64,000 nt of DNA, from NCBI GenBank assembly GCA_964408485.1, contig CAYOZJ010000004.1:8685-72684 (forward strand), given 5' to 3'. The stretch is from an uncultured Gammaproteobacteria bacterium. GTDB taxonomy: Bacteria; Patescibacteriota; Microgenomatia; Levybacterales; UBA12049. Position numbers and translations under genes: made by a program. The notes under the pieces are model-generated. The model did not search any database. It was not told where the DNA came from and saw nothing but the letters and a program-made list of their open reading frames with translations. Every line of letters begins with the position of its first letter. The stretch's first letter is position 1. Below are positions 19,014 to 28,791 of the stretch, one piece after another.

Positions 19014-19346
19014 TTATGGTTTTTTTTGATATTTCTCTTCAACTTTTTTTAATTTATCTTCTATAGCGCGTTCTATGTCTACATTTGCTGCATTGGCAAG
19101 TTGAATTGTTGTCATAATAACATCGGCAAATTCTTGATACACATTTCTCTTATCAAAATGATCAAGTTTTGCTTTTCGCTGAAGCTTAAGAATAGATAAA
19201 ATATCGTTACACAATTCTCCAACCTCTTCGTTGAGCTTTACTGTCCTGCTTAAAATCTCCTGCTCTTCTGGAGTACGGAGTTTGTACACAACAGCAGAAT
19301 TTTTTGCTAGTTCTTTGAGTCTTTCTTGAAGGTTCTTAACGTTCAT
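19014..19346 (-). CDS. MazG-like nucleotide pyrophosphohydrolase
   Basis: EEVGEL...EFADV. Confidence 0.85.
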   Translation of the reverse strand: MNVKNLQERLKELAKNSAVVYKLRTPEEQEILSRTVKLNEEVGELCNDILSILKLQRKAKLDHFDKRNVYQEFADVIMTTIQLANAANVDIERAIEDKLKKVEEKYQKKP

Positions 19347-19381
19347 ATATCCATTTTAGCACATATCATTGTTCAAGCGAA

Positions 19382-19436
19382 CCCTTCGATGCGATTTACT
19401 TACTCAGGGAAAATTTTGCCTGAGCGAAGTCGAAGG
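19382..19436. repeat. Palindromic doublet, family G
   Basis: CCCTTCGA...CTCAGG...CCTGAGCGAAGTCGAAGG; related copies at 34731, 48461 and a half copy near 24697. Confidence 0.8.
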
Positions 19437-19490
19437 CTTAATAGTTACTCTCTCGAAGAATAATTAGGTATGTGCTACAATCATTTTGTT

Positions 19491-20267
19491 ATGAACTTTC
19501 TTCAGGCAATTATTGTGGGTATTGTCGAAGGCATAACAGAATTTCTTCCAATTTCTTCTACCTTTCATCAAATTTGGACAGCAAAGCTGTTAGGAATTCC
19601 TCAAACAGATTTTGTAAAACTTTTTGAAGTCTTTATTCAAGTTGGTGCAATTGCATCTATTGCAATTCTCTATTGGAAAATAATTAAGACTGACTTAGAT
19701 TTGGTTAAGAAAACTCTTGTTGCCTTTGTGCCCACAGCAATTATTGGCTTTGCAATGTATAAGGTGATTAAGAATGTTTTCTTTGAATCAGCACCTATTA
19801 TGCTCACTGTTTTTATTGGTATTGGAGCATTTTTTATTGTATATGAGTGGTATATAAAACGAAATAAAATAGACCTGCATAAGACACTTTCAGAATTTAC
19901 CTACAAGCAGGCACTGATTATTGGTGTTATTCAGGCGCTAGCAATTGTTCCAGGTGTGTCTCGCGCTGGAGCAGTACTTTTGGGTATGATGTTTTTTAGA
20001 TTTAAAAGAAGTGAGTCGGCAAAATTTTCATTCCTCTTAGCACTCCCAACTCTTGCTGCAGCATCTTTTTATGATTTATTTAAAATGAGAAGCTTACTCT
20101 CCGGGAATATTGACCACGTAGAACTTTTAGCGACTGGAACAATAGCGGCATTTATTAGCGCATATGTTGTGGTGAAATGGTTTGTGACCTATCTGCAACA
20201 GCATTCCCTCACAAACTTCGGTTGGTATAGGATAGTTGTTGGGATTCTCCTCATTTTTGTTAAGTGA
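19491..20267 (+). CDS. uppP: Undecaprenyl-diphosphate phosphatase
   Basis: EGITEFLPISS and PGVSRAG motifs. Confidence 0.95.
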   Translation: MNFLQAIIVGIVEGITEFLPISSTFHQIWTAKLLGIPQTDFVKLFEVFIQVGAIASIAILYWKIIKTDLDLVKKTLVAFVPTAIIGFAMYKVIKNVFFESAPIMLTVFIGIGAFFIVYEWYIKRNKIDLHKTLSEFTYKQALIIGVIQALAIVPGVSRAGAVLLGMMFFRFKRSESAKFSFLLALPTLAAASFYDLFKMRSLLSGNIDHVELLATGTIAAFISAYVVVKWFVTYLQQHSLTNFGWYRIVVGILLIFVK

Positions 20268-20268
20268 T

Positions 20269-21189
20269 ATGTGGTATGGACTTCTTGCTATTATTCTTTC
20301 TGCTGCAATTGGAGGATCGATTAATTCCGCTGCCGTAAAAGTAGGGGGAAGAGAATTTACCCCACTTCTATTTACCTTTATTCGTTTTTTCTTTTCTACC
20401 CTTATCTTGTTGCCATTATTTCTTTCTCAAAAAGGACCAAAATTATATAAAGGAGATAGGAAAATACTTTTTCTTATGTCTATCCTTTTTGCAGCAAATA
20501 TTATTGTATTTAGTATCGGACTTCAATTTACTTCTGCACTCATGGGGCAACTTCTCTATGTAATATCACCAATTTTGGTAATTATTTTTGGCCATTTTCT
20601 TATTGGAGAAAAGTATACAAAAGAAAAAGGAATAGGACTCGTTATTACGTTAAGTGGTGTCGGATTTTTACTGTATCAATCAATTACCAAACAAGCAGTG
20701 CTGACCTTTGGTACACCACTAGGAAATTTTTTGGTTCTTCTTGGTGTTATTTTTACCGCACTTTATTTTGTTTTATCAAGAAGATTGTCTCATTCTTATT
20801 CATCGACAACGATTACATTCATGAATTTCTTTATTACATTTCTAAGTGTTATCTGTATCTTGCCACTGATTTTTTTATTTTCTCCACATACTTCTATTCA
20901 TATAGCAAAGACGGGAATTATTAGTGTTATTGCTATTGTTTTTTCATCAGTCTTTGCATATATGTTGCAGCAAATAACAGTTAAGCGAACAAGCGCATTT
21001 GTGGGATCACTGTCTTTATATATGTCACCATTTTTTGCTGGGCTTACTGCAGTATTCCTGCTAGGAGAAAAGATAACTGTTCCATTTATTGCGGGAGGGA
21101 TTCTTCTTGCTATAGGGGTTTTCTATGCAACGGCATATCATCATATAAAGAAATTGCTTACAAGCAGGGAGGAGTTAGCTGAAAATTAA
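20269..21189 (+). CDS. DMT/EamA family transporter
   Basis: About 10 TM helices, two GEK motifs. Confidence 0.82.
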   Translation: MWYGLLAIILSAAIGGSINSAAVKVGGREFTPLLFTFIRFFFSTLILLPLFLSQKGPKLYKGDRKILFLMSILFAANIIVFSIGLQFTSALMGQLLYVISPILVIIFGHFLIGEKYTKEKGIGLVITLSGVGFLLYQSITKQAVLTFGTPLGNFLVLLGVIFTALYFVLSRRLSHSYSSTTITFMNFFITFLSVICILPLIFLFSPHTSIHIAKTGIISVIAIVFSSVFAYMLQQITVKRTSAFVGSLSLYMSPFFAGLTAVFLLGEKITVPFIAGGILLAIGVFYATAYHHIKKLLTSREELAEN

Positions 21190-21190
21190 T

Positions 21191-21880
21191 ATGAAAATTC
21201 CACTTTTTGATGTTGATGGTACTCTGGTAAAAGGTTTTGTAGGGGTACATGGAGATGCATTAGATGAAGCACTAAAGACTGTTTTTGACATAGGTGCCCA
21301 TTTTGATGAAATAAATGTTCAGGGTAAAATAGATCCACAAATTTTAGTAGAAGTCGGAAAGCGACATGGTGTCGTGGAAGAAAAGGGAAAAACACTTCTC
21401 CCCAAATCTTTTGCTGTTATGAGGGAGTATATTGCTACACATAAGGATGAGGCACGATACGAAATATTGCCTGGAGCAAATGATTTATTTGAAGAGCTTC
21501 ATGCAAATGGCGTCCCCATAGGGCTTCTTACAGGCAATATTGAAGAAGCTCCAGAAATGAAATTAGGCCCATCAGGGTTGTGGGATTTTGTAAATTTTGG
21601 AGCATATGGCCCCGAAGCAACAAGCCTTAAGAGGGCTGAGTTAGTCAGCATTGCTCAGAGAAAAGCATCAGAGTTACTTAAGCGTCTAGTAGGTCTTAAT
21701 GAGCTTGTTATTATTGGTGATACCCCAAAAGATATAGAGTGCGCAAAAGACGGAGGAATTCTTTCCATTGGGGTTGCAACAGGCATGTATACCGAAGATG
21801 ATTTAAGAAATGCAGGCGCTAATCTTGTTGTATCCTCTTTGGAAGAGAGAGGAAAAATAATAGAATTTTTAGAAAAGTAG
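21191..21880 (+). CDS. HAD family hydrolase
   Basis: FDVDGTL, LTGN, IGDTPKD. Confidence 0.88.
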   Translation: MKIPLFDVDGTLVKGFVGVHGDALDEALKTVFDIGAHFDEINVQGKIDPQILVEVGKRHGVVEEKGKTLLPKSFAVMREYIATHKDEARYEILPGANDLFEELHANGVPIGLLTGNIEEAPEMKLGPSGLWDFVNFGAYGPEATSLKRAELVSIAQRKASELLKRLVGLNELVIIGDTPKDIECAKDGGILSIGVATGMYTEDDLRNAGANLVVSSLEERGKIIEFLEK

Positions 21881-21903
21881 CTCTCCTATGCTACAATAAT
21901 TTT

Positions 21904-22335
21904 ATGCCCAGAAAGAAACCAGAATTTGCAGAGGAGGTAGAAGAAAAATTTGAAGAGGTTTGGGATAAGAGAAAGATAATTGCAGGGATTTTTGTTTTAC
22001 TTCTTTTTATTGCTGGTGGTGTGATTGGGAAGCGAATACTTTTTCATGAATCTCTTGCTCCTGAGTCTTTCATTCCTACCTTCCCAAGCGTTAAGGGGAT
22101 AAGTACATTCAATGCGCCGGATGCAGCATCTCATGTAAAAATCTCACTTCCTTCTCAAGAAGACGTTACAAATCAACTTCATACTATTCAGACACAAGTA
22201 ACAAATTTAAATGTATCGGATATTGCTTCATCTAGTCCACAGGTGCAGCAAATCTTAAAGCAAATTGAAAATCTTCCATCAGGACCAGAAGGACAAGTAA
22301 AAGCAGCATGTATGAGGTTATGCAATAATCTTTGA
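21904..22335 (+). CDS. Hypothetical single-TM protein
   Basis: One TM helix; TACAAT 6 nt before ATG. Confidence 0.7.
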   Translation: MPRKKPEFAEEVEEKFEEVWDKRKIIAGIFVLLLFIAGGVIGKRILFHESLAPESFIPTFPSVKGISTFNAPDAASHVKISLPSQEDVTNQLHTIQTQVTNLNVSDIASSSPQVQQILKQIENLPSGPEGQVKAACMRLCNNL

Positions 22336-22349
22336 TAGAATTAAGAAGT

Positions 22350-22739
22350 ATGAGTCAAGAATCAAGGAAGATAAAATCTTTTACTGACTTAACGGTTTGG
22401 CAACAAGGTCATACTTTTGTTTTGCAAATATATAAAATAACCCGAGAATTTCCTAAGGAAGAATTGTTTGGGTTAACAAATCAGATTCGTAGAGCATCAG
22501 TTTCTTTTACATCTAATATTGCTGAAGGTTTTAGCAGGAATTCATATAAAGAAAAGGTTCAATTTTATTCAATATCATTGGGTTCACTTACCGAAGTTCA
22601 GAATCAACTATTGATTGCAAAAGACTTGGGTTATGTATCCAAAGATATTTTTTCTTCTTTAGCGAATTTGACAGTAGATTTAAGTAAAATGATAAATGGC
22701 TTAATTAAGAAATCAAAAACCTTAATTCCTAATTCTTAA
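22350..22739 (+). CDS. Four helix bundle protein (23S rRNA IVP-like family)
   Basis: FTDLTVWQ, FPKEELFGLTNQIRRASVS, NIAEG, GSLTEV. Confidence 0.92.
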   Translation: MSQESRKIKSFTDLTVWQQGHTFVLQIYKITREFPKEELFGLTNQIRRASVSFTSNIAEGFSRNSYKEKVQFYSISLGSLTEVQNQLLIAKDLGYVSKDIFSSLANLTVDLSKMINGLIKKSKTLIPNS

Positions 22740-22767
22740 TTCATGACTCTTCATATACAATTAAATT

Positions 22768-24054
22768 ATGTTTAAAAATAAAGATAAACTATTACAAAAA
22801 GTAAGACGCTTGTTTAGCGTCTTGGGTCCTGGATTTATAACAGGCGCATCTGACGATGATCCATCCGGTATCGCAACCTATGCCCAGACAGGCGCGCAAT
22901 TTGGATATTCACAGTTATGGACTGCCCTCTTTGCATTTCCTTTTATGACCGTTATCCAAGAAATATGTGGGCGAATTGGTGTGGTAACAGGAGATGGACT
23001 CGCAGGGGTTGTCAGAAAAAATTATTCAAAACCTATTTTGTATGGAGCAGTGCTTGTGTTAATAGTCGCTAATACAATTAATGTCGGTGCAGATTTGGGA
23101 GCAATGGCAAGTAGTGCGCAGCTTATTTTAGGATTACCATTTTTTGTCTGGCTTGTTGTTATTACAGGTGGGTCAATTGTTTTGCAAATTGTCGTGCCGT
23201 ATCCGTTGTACGCAAAATTCTTAAAGTATCTTACCCTTGCTCTTTTTGCCTATATTATTGCTGCATTTATTATTAAGCAGGACTGGACAAAAATTTTTAC
23301 TGCAACGGTATTACCAACTTTTTCTTTTAACAAAGAGTACTTAATGAATATTGTGGCAATACTCGGGACAACAATTAGCCCGTATCTTTTCTTCTGGGAA
23401 GCAGACGAAGAGGTAGAGGAAGAAATAGAAAAAGGTGAGATGCAAGCAATTGGGCGAGGTAAGCCGAGAGTCCATGGTCATGATATTCGTGAGATGCGGC
23501 TGGATACCATAATTGGTATGTTTTTTTCCCAACTTGTTATGTTTTTTATTATCGTGACAACTGCTAGTACTCTTTTCCCACACGGAATGCATACTGTGCA
23601 GACAGCAGACCAGGCAGCTATTGCTCTTAAGCCACTTGCTGGAGAGTTTGCTTATCTTTTATTTGCAGCAGGGGTTATTGGGACAGGACTTTTGGCAGTG
23701 CCAATCCTTGCAGGTAGCGCAGGGTATGCATTGGCAGAAACCTTTAAGTGGAAAGCAGGATTAAGTAAAAAATTCCATCAAGCACGGCCATTTTATATAA
23801 CTATTGCGATTATTACAGTTGTAGGTTTACTCGTTAATTTCTCACCAATAAAACCATTCACGCTTTTGTATTACACAGCAATTTTAAATGGGATCTGCTC
23901 GCCAATACTTATGGTGTTAATTTTGCTTGTTGGAAATAATAAAAAAATTATGGGTACTCATACAAATCCATTATTTTCGAATGTCTTAGGATGGATTATT
24001 ACTGGGGTAATGGGTGTTGCTGCAATTGGACTTCTATATTCGTTGGTAAAGTAA
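22768..24054 (+). CDS. NRAMP-family divalent metal transporter
   Basis: GPGFITGASDDDPSGIATY, GTTISPY. Confidence 0.88.
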   Translation: MFKNKDKLLQKVRRLFSVLGPGFITGASDDDPSGIATYAQTGAQFGYSQLWTALFAFPFMTVIQEICGRIGVVTGDGLAGVVRKNYSKPILYGAVLVLIVANTINVGADLGAMASSAQLILGLPFFVWLVVITGGSIVLQIVVPYPLYAKFLKYLTLALFAYIIAAFIIKQDWTKIFTATVLPTFSFNKEYLMNIVAILGTTISPYLFFWEADEEVEEEIEKGEMQAIGRGKPRVHGHDIREMRLDTIIGMFFSQLVMFFIIVTTASTLFPHGMHTVQTADQAAIALKPLAGEFAYLLFAAGVIGTGLLAVPILAGSAGYALAETFKWKAGLSKKFHQARPFYITIAIITVVGLLVNFSPIKPFTLLYYTAILNGICSPILMVLILLVGNNKKIMGTHTNPLFSNVLGWIITGVMGVAAIGLLYSLVK

Positions 24055-24631
24055 GCCTTTGAACATCAATCGCTGAAGTAGACTTATTGGTATTAGACCA
24101 TAGTGAAAACGGTTTAGTAAATATCATTGTTATAAAGTAAAATACTAAAAATATCCAGATAAAGAGAACAGTATTATTACTTGTTCCCAGCGTTCTTGCT
24201 GACCAATCTTGTTGATATACTCTCCCATTAAATACCACACCATGTCCGTCTGAGAAATCTTTACTAATACCGCTTAACAATGTCCAGCCTTCACCAGATC
24301 TCCTTTTAAGAACTTCTTCTTTTGAACTTGCTTGTGCCATGCGTAATTCATACCATTTCCACCTCCGCCTAAAAGCAAAAAGCCATATGAGACTTGTTAA
24401 AAATCCCATTACCGCAAGCATAAACAAAGTAGAATTCCCCTTAAAAGAGAAGAAACTGAAGCCCCTATCTATTTGTTGAGACATGAAACCAATAATAAAT
24501 GTGTTTGCGAGTAAGAAGATTGTTGAAGAATTCCAAACTAGGTTTCCTTCATTTAGTACTTGATTAAAAGCAAATTCATATTGCTTTATTTCTCTTTTTT
24601 CTTTCTCTTGTTCTTCCGTAGTTATTGCCAT
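23999..24631 (-). CDS. Hypothetical 3-TM membrane protein
   Basis: 210-aa ORF with three hydrophobic helices, convergent overlap with the NRAMP gene. Confidence 0.6.
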   Translation of the reverse strand: MAITTEEQEKEKREIKQYEFAFNQVLNEGNLVWNSSTIFLLANTFIIGFMSQQIDRGFSFFSFKGNSTLFMLAVMGFLTSLIWLFAFRRRWKWYELRMAQASSKEEVLKRRSGEGWTLLSGISKDFSDGHGVVFNGRVYQQDWSARTLGTSNNTVLFIWIFLVFYFITMIFTKPFSLWSNTNKSTSAIDVQRLTLPTNIEVQLQQHPLPQ

Positions 24632-24742
24632 GATTTGGAGAATTATTAATCAAAGGTAATAAAATGTCAAGAAATAGCAAATTGCTCTTTTGTGAGTCCT
24701 TCGATTTCGCTCAGAATAAAAAAATAGGCTATAATACAACTT

Positions 24743-25753
24743 ATGGATGATTTAAAACACCGAGTTGAGAAAGTAATTGCCGCATTACGCGTGGAGGAGA
24801 AAAAACAGCAAATTAGAGAGCTAGAACTTGAGAGTTCAAAAAGTGGTTTTTGGAATGATCCAAAAGCAGCAAGTGAAAAAATGAAGCAAATGTCGTCTCT
24901 TCTTAAAGAAGTAGAAGAAGCGGATATGCTGCAACTTATGGTTGATGAGGAGCAGTGGAGAGACGCAGAAGAAAATGTTGGACGATTGGAAATGCTTTTA
25001 TATTTTTCCGGAGCACATGATGAATCCGGTGCAATTCTGGCAATTCATTCAGGCCAAGGCGGGACAGAGGCAATGGACTGGACAGAAATGCTTTTTAGAA
25101 TGTACACCCGATATGTAGAAAGAAAAGGATGGAAGTACGAAATTATTGACCAGACCCCAGGAGAAGAAGCAGGATTTAAAAGCATTACAATTCAAATAGA
25201 TGGCAAATATGCGTATGGCCACTTAAAATTTGAAGCAGGGACACATAGGTTGGTAAGGCAGTCACCGTTCAACGCCGATAAATTAAGACAAACATCGTTT
25301 GCTTTAGTTGAAGTGTTGCCAATTGTAGAAAATGATAGTGAAGTCCATATTGCAGATGATGAATTGGAATGGGATTTCTTTAGAGCTGGTGGACATGGTG
25401 GACAAAATGTAAATAAAGTATCTACTGCTGTTAGACTTACCCATAAACCATCAGGAATTGTTGTTACGGCATCCTCCGAGAGGTTTCAGGGAGCAAATAG
25501 AGAAATTGCGTTAAATTTACTTAAATCTAAGTTGTGGGTTATCCAAGAAGAAGAAAGAAAACAGGCAGAATCAGCATTAAAGGGAGGGTACAAAACCCCT
25601 GGGTGGAGTAATCAAATCCGCTCATATGTATTGCACCCATACCATATGGTAAAAGATCTTCGTACAGATGTAGAAACAGGGAATACAGGTGCAGTACTTG
25701 ATGGGGATTTGAATAAATTTATAGAAGAGGAATTAAGAAAGTTAAGCCAATGA
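24743..25753 (+). CDS. prfB: Peptide chain release factor 2 (continuous frame)
   Basis: SPF motif, GGHGGQNVN. Confidence 0.95.
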   Translation: MDDLKHRVEKVIAALRVEEKKQQIRELELESSKSGFWNDPKAASEKMKQMSSLLKEVEEADMLQLMVDEEQWRDAEENVGRLEMLLYFSGAHDESGAILAIHSGQGGTEAMDWTEMLFRMYTRYVERKGWKYEIIDQTPGEEAGFKSITIQIDGKYAYGHLKFEAGTHRLVRQSPFNADKLRQTSFALVEVLPIVENDSEVHIADDELEWDFFRAGGHGGQNVNKVSTAVRLTHKPSGIVVTASSERFQGANREIALNLLKSKLWVIQEEERKQAESALKGGYKTPGWSNQIRSYVLHPYHMVKDLRTDVETGNTGAVLDGDLNKFIEEELRKLSQ

Positions 25754-26319
25754 TTCGACCTGCAATACTGCAAGACTACGAGCAAGTAAAACATATTAAG
25801 AAGCAGTTGGGACTAAACAGAGAAAAACTCTCAGACAATTTGTATAAAGAAAAAATTGAGAAAGAAGGATTCCTACTGTATCCTGATTTGTCTTTAGAAA
25901 AATATACTTCCTATCTTTCAGATATTTTTCTTGTGTATGAAGAAAATAGAAAAATTTTAGGATTTATTCAAATAAGTAGTGAGCATGAAGTAAAAAAGGA
26001 TAGTCCTGTTGAATGGTACAAACCAGAAATGAAAGAAATCTATTTTTCCCAACCTCATGCAGGACTGCACCGTATCGCGCTCGATCTACGTGCAAAAGGA
26101 AAAGGGATTGCAACACAACTTTTGGAAGAAGCATTACAGAAAATCCCCCACGAAACAAAATATTTATTTTCTATCGTTGTTATTTCGCCTGCAAAGAATA
26201 ATGCATCTATTGTTTGGCACGAAAAACATGGATTTGAAAAAGTTGCGAGGATACGCTACACAGAACACGCGGAGCTAGAGGATTATCAGAGTATTTTATA
26301 TGCGAAGAAATTGAATTAA
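25750..26319 (+). CDS. GNAT family N-acetyltransferase
   Basis: AKGKGIATQLL, N.AS..WHEKHGF. Confidence 0.8.
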   Translation: MIRPAILQDYEQVKHIKKQLGLNREKLSDNLYKEKIEKEGFLLYPDLSLEKYTSYLSDIFLVYEENRKILGFIQISSEHEVKKDSPVEWYKPEMKEIYFSQPHAGLHRIALDLRAKGKGIATQLLEEALQKIPHETKYLFSIVVISPAKNNASIVWHEKHGFEKVARIRYTEHAELEDYQSILYAKKLN

Positions 26320-26337
26320 ATTTAAGAGTATTTGTAT

Positions 26338-27195
26338 CTACAATAAAAGCAATAGTAATCCCAAAGTTACACCAATTACCCCAAGTAATTTTCTTTTAGA
26401 AAATTCATCTTTAAACAATAGGATTGCAAAGACTGTTACTGCAGAAATTGAGGATGCATTGATTGCATTTACATATCCAACATTGGGTGCAGTACTGATT
26501 GCCAAAAATTGAAAAAGATTAAATCCTGTTGAAAAGATACCGATAAGAAATAAGATTCCAAGATTTTTTTGCATTCCTCCAAAAGAGACTCTTTTCTTAA
26601 TCATTTCCAATACAATACAGACATTCACGACAATATACATATAGGTAAGAAAAACATACACGCCTACGCCTTGATTAAAAAAATATTTTGAAGATAAAGA
26701 GAGAAGTCCCCAACAAAAAAATGAACCAAAAGCAAGTAGTACCCATTTTGTACTGGTTGTTTTTCTCACTGCTTTTTGAGAGAGCATGATAAGGCTGGAG
26801 AAACCAACAATAAGAAGAATTGCGATTATTTTTTGCAATGTAAGTTGTGCTTGGAAAAAAATAACTGCGATAACACTGGTGAAGACAACATAACTTTTTG
26901 ATATCACAAGACTATAACCAGGATTGGGAGCTTCTTCAATACTCATAAGCGAAAAAACATTTCCTAAATAACTAAACAATATTCCAACAAGTGCGATCAG
27001 AAGAAGAAAAAGAGGTGAGATAAGAAAATTCTGATGAGTAACAAATGCCATGATTACGAAAAGCATTAATGGAATAAAAAACATGGCAAAGTTATTGTAC
27101 TGTGTAGATATTTTGAGAAGACTAGCTTTTCTAACAAATAAATATAATGCAACCGAAGAGATAAACATGAGTAAACTTGCAGTAACCCAATTCAT
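26338..27195 (-). CDS. DMT/EamA family transporter
   Basis: Two repeats with APNPGY and APNVGY. Confidence 0.78.
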   Translation of the reverse strand: MNWVTASLLMFISSVALYLFVRKASLLKISTQYNNFAMFFIPLMLFVIMAFVTHQNFLISPLFLLLIALVGILFSYLGNVFSLMSIEEAPNPGYSLVISKSYVVFTSVIAVIFFQAQLTLQKIIAILLIVGFSSLIMLSQKAVRKTTSTKWVLLAFGSFFCWGLLSLSSKYFFNQGVGVYVFLTYMYIVVNVCIVLEMIKKRVSFGGMQKNLGILFLIGIFSTGFNLFQFLAISTAPNVGYVNAINASSISAVTVFAILLFKDEFSKRKLLGVIGVTLGLLLLLL

Positions 27196-27196
27196 A

Positions 27197-28717
27197 TTAT
27201 TTCTTCTTTGCAGGTCTGATGAAGATAAAAGAAACAATTGCTGCTAAAAATGCGAGTCCTGCATTAATTCCCATAGCCCAGCGGAATGAGTAAACAAAAG
27301 AATTATCTACTACTGCTTGTGCAACCTGTCTTGCATTTTCAGAAAAAGTATTTGGAATAGTAATGCCACCCAAGTCACCCTTCTGGACCATAATCTGTTG
27401 CTGTTCGACATTGCTCAAACTTGATGTTCGCACGGTTTGTTCCAATCTTCCTCCAAAAAGCGCTAGGACAATTGCACCAAGGAGTGCTACTGCCATAAGT
27501 CCTGCAACGCGCGCAACAGCATTATTGACTCCACTTGCGCTTCCTGAATATTTTGTATCTACAGAGAGTGCTGATTTAGTAAGTGGTGCAATGACAAGAC
27601 TCATTCCAAGACCAAATAATACAAGTCCGGGAAGAAACGTCGTAAAGTAATTTGCATGAGTCCCAGGAAGAGCAAGTATTGTCATGCCAATGCCAACAAT
27701 TGCTGGACCAACAATCATAGGGACGCGCGGACCAATCTTATCTGCCAATTGTCCGCCAGGTCCTGAGAGAAATGTGATGAGTAAGATTGTTGGGAGCATA
27801 CCTAGTCCCGCCATAAGTGGGGACCAATGTTGCGCTTGCTGAAGATTGAGTACTAAGAAAAATATGACTCCACTTAAAGCAAAATAGAGAAAAAGCGTTG
27901 CCAAATTTGCGCCAGTTACTAAATTGGATTTAAAAATTTCTATTGGGACAAGTGGATGTTTCACTTTAAGTTCAATAATGGCAAATGTTATGAGCAAGAT
28001 GATTCCTGCAACAAAGGTAGCCCAGACAAGTGGGTTGGTCCATCCAAGGGATGGTTGTTCTATAAGTGCATAGGTAAGTCCTAAAAGTCCCAAGAAAATA
28101 GTAATCGTCCCGCCATAATCAATTGCGCGAAATTCGTGATTTTTTGTTTCGGGGACAAATTTTAGTGTAATAAAAAGTGCCAAAATACCAAGCGGCACAT
28201 TAATAAAAAATATTGATGACCAGCCGAAAAGCTGTACAAGAAATCCTCCAAGAAATGGTCCTAATGCTGCAACTCCTCCGGCAAATCCAGACCAAAGACC
28301 AATTACGCTTCCCCTAACCTTTTCTTCGAATGATGCATTGATAATGCTCAAGGATCCGGGGACCATCATGGCAGCTCCCAATCCCTGCAACGCGCGGAAA
28401 AGAATAAGCTGGAATGTGTTTTGAGAAATTCCGCAAAGTAAAGAAAAAAGCGTAAAAACGCCTATGCCGTAAAGAAAAATTCGTTTGCGGCCAAATTTAT
28501 CGCCCAATGCGCCGCTAATCATAATGAGTGCAGACAAAATAAGAGCGTACGAATTAACAATCCATTGGATATCTCCGAGCGTTGCATGCAATTTTGCCTG
28601 GATTGCAGGGATGGCAATATTTACAACACTTCCATCCAAAAATGCCATGCCCGATGCAAGAATTGTGGCAAAAAGAATAAGCTTCCCTTCCCAGGATTTT
28701 AGACTATATTGATCCAT
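27197..28717 (-). CDS. DHA2-type MFS efflux transporter
   Basis: LDGSVVNIAIP, GALGDKFGRKR, about 14 TM helices. Confidence 0.9.
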   Translation of the reverse strand: MDQYSLKSWEGKLILFATILASGMAFLDGSVVNIAIPAIQAKLHATLGDIQWIVNSYALILSALIMISGALGDKFGRKRIFLYGIGVFTLFSLLCGISQNTFQLILFRALQGLGAAMMVPGSLSIINASFEEKVRGSVIGLWSGFAGGVAALGPFLGGFLVQLFGWSSIFFINVPLGILALFITLKFVPETKNHEFRAIDYGGTITIFLGLLGLTYALIEQPSLGWTNPLVWATFVAGIILLITFAIIELKVKHPLVPIEIFKSNLVTGANLATLFLYFALSGVIFFLVLNLQQAQHWSPLMAGLGMLPTILLITFLSGPGGQLADKIGPRVPMIVGPAIVGIGMTILALPGTHANYFTTFLPGLVLFGLGMSLVIAPLTKSALSVDTKYSGSASGVNNAVARVAGLMAVALLGAIVLALFGGRLEQTVRTSSLSNVEQQQIMVQKGDLGGITIPNTFSENARQVAQAVVDNSFVYSFRWAMGINAGLAFLAAIVSFIFIRPAKKK

Positions 28718-28791
28718 CAATTTCACTGTACAGGAAATTATATACGGCGTCTAGAAGAAAGTTGGCCTGGAAATGATACAATAGAGGCATT

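Noticed and set aside
22350-22739. Diversity-generating retroelement (Avd-like gene)
   Set aside because: No reverse transcriptase or TR/VR pair noticed in the window
24743-24830. prfB programmed frameshift
   Set aside because: The ORF is continuous with no CTT-TGA shift site
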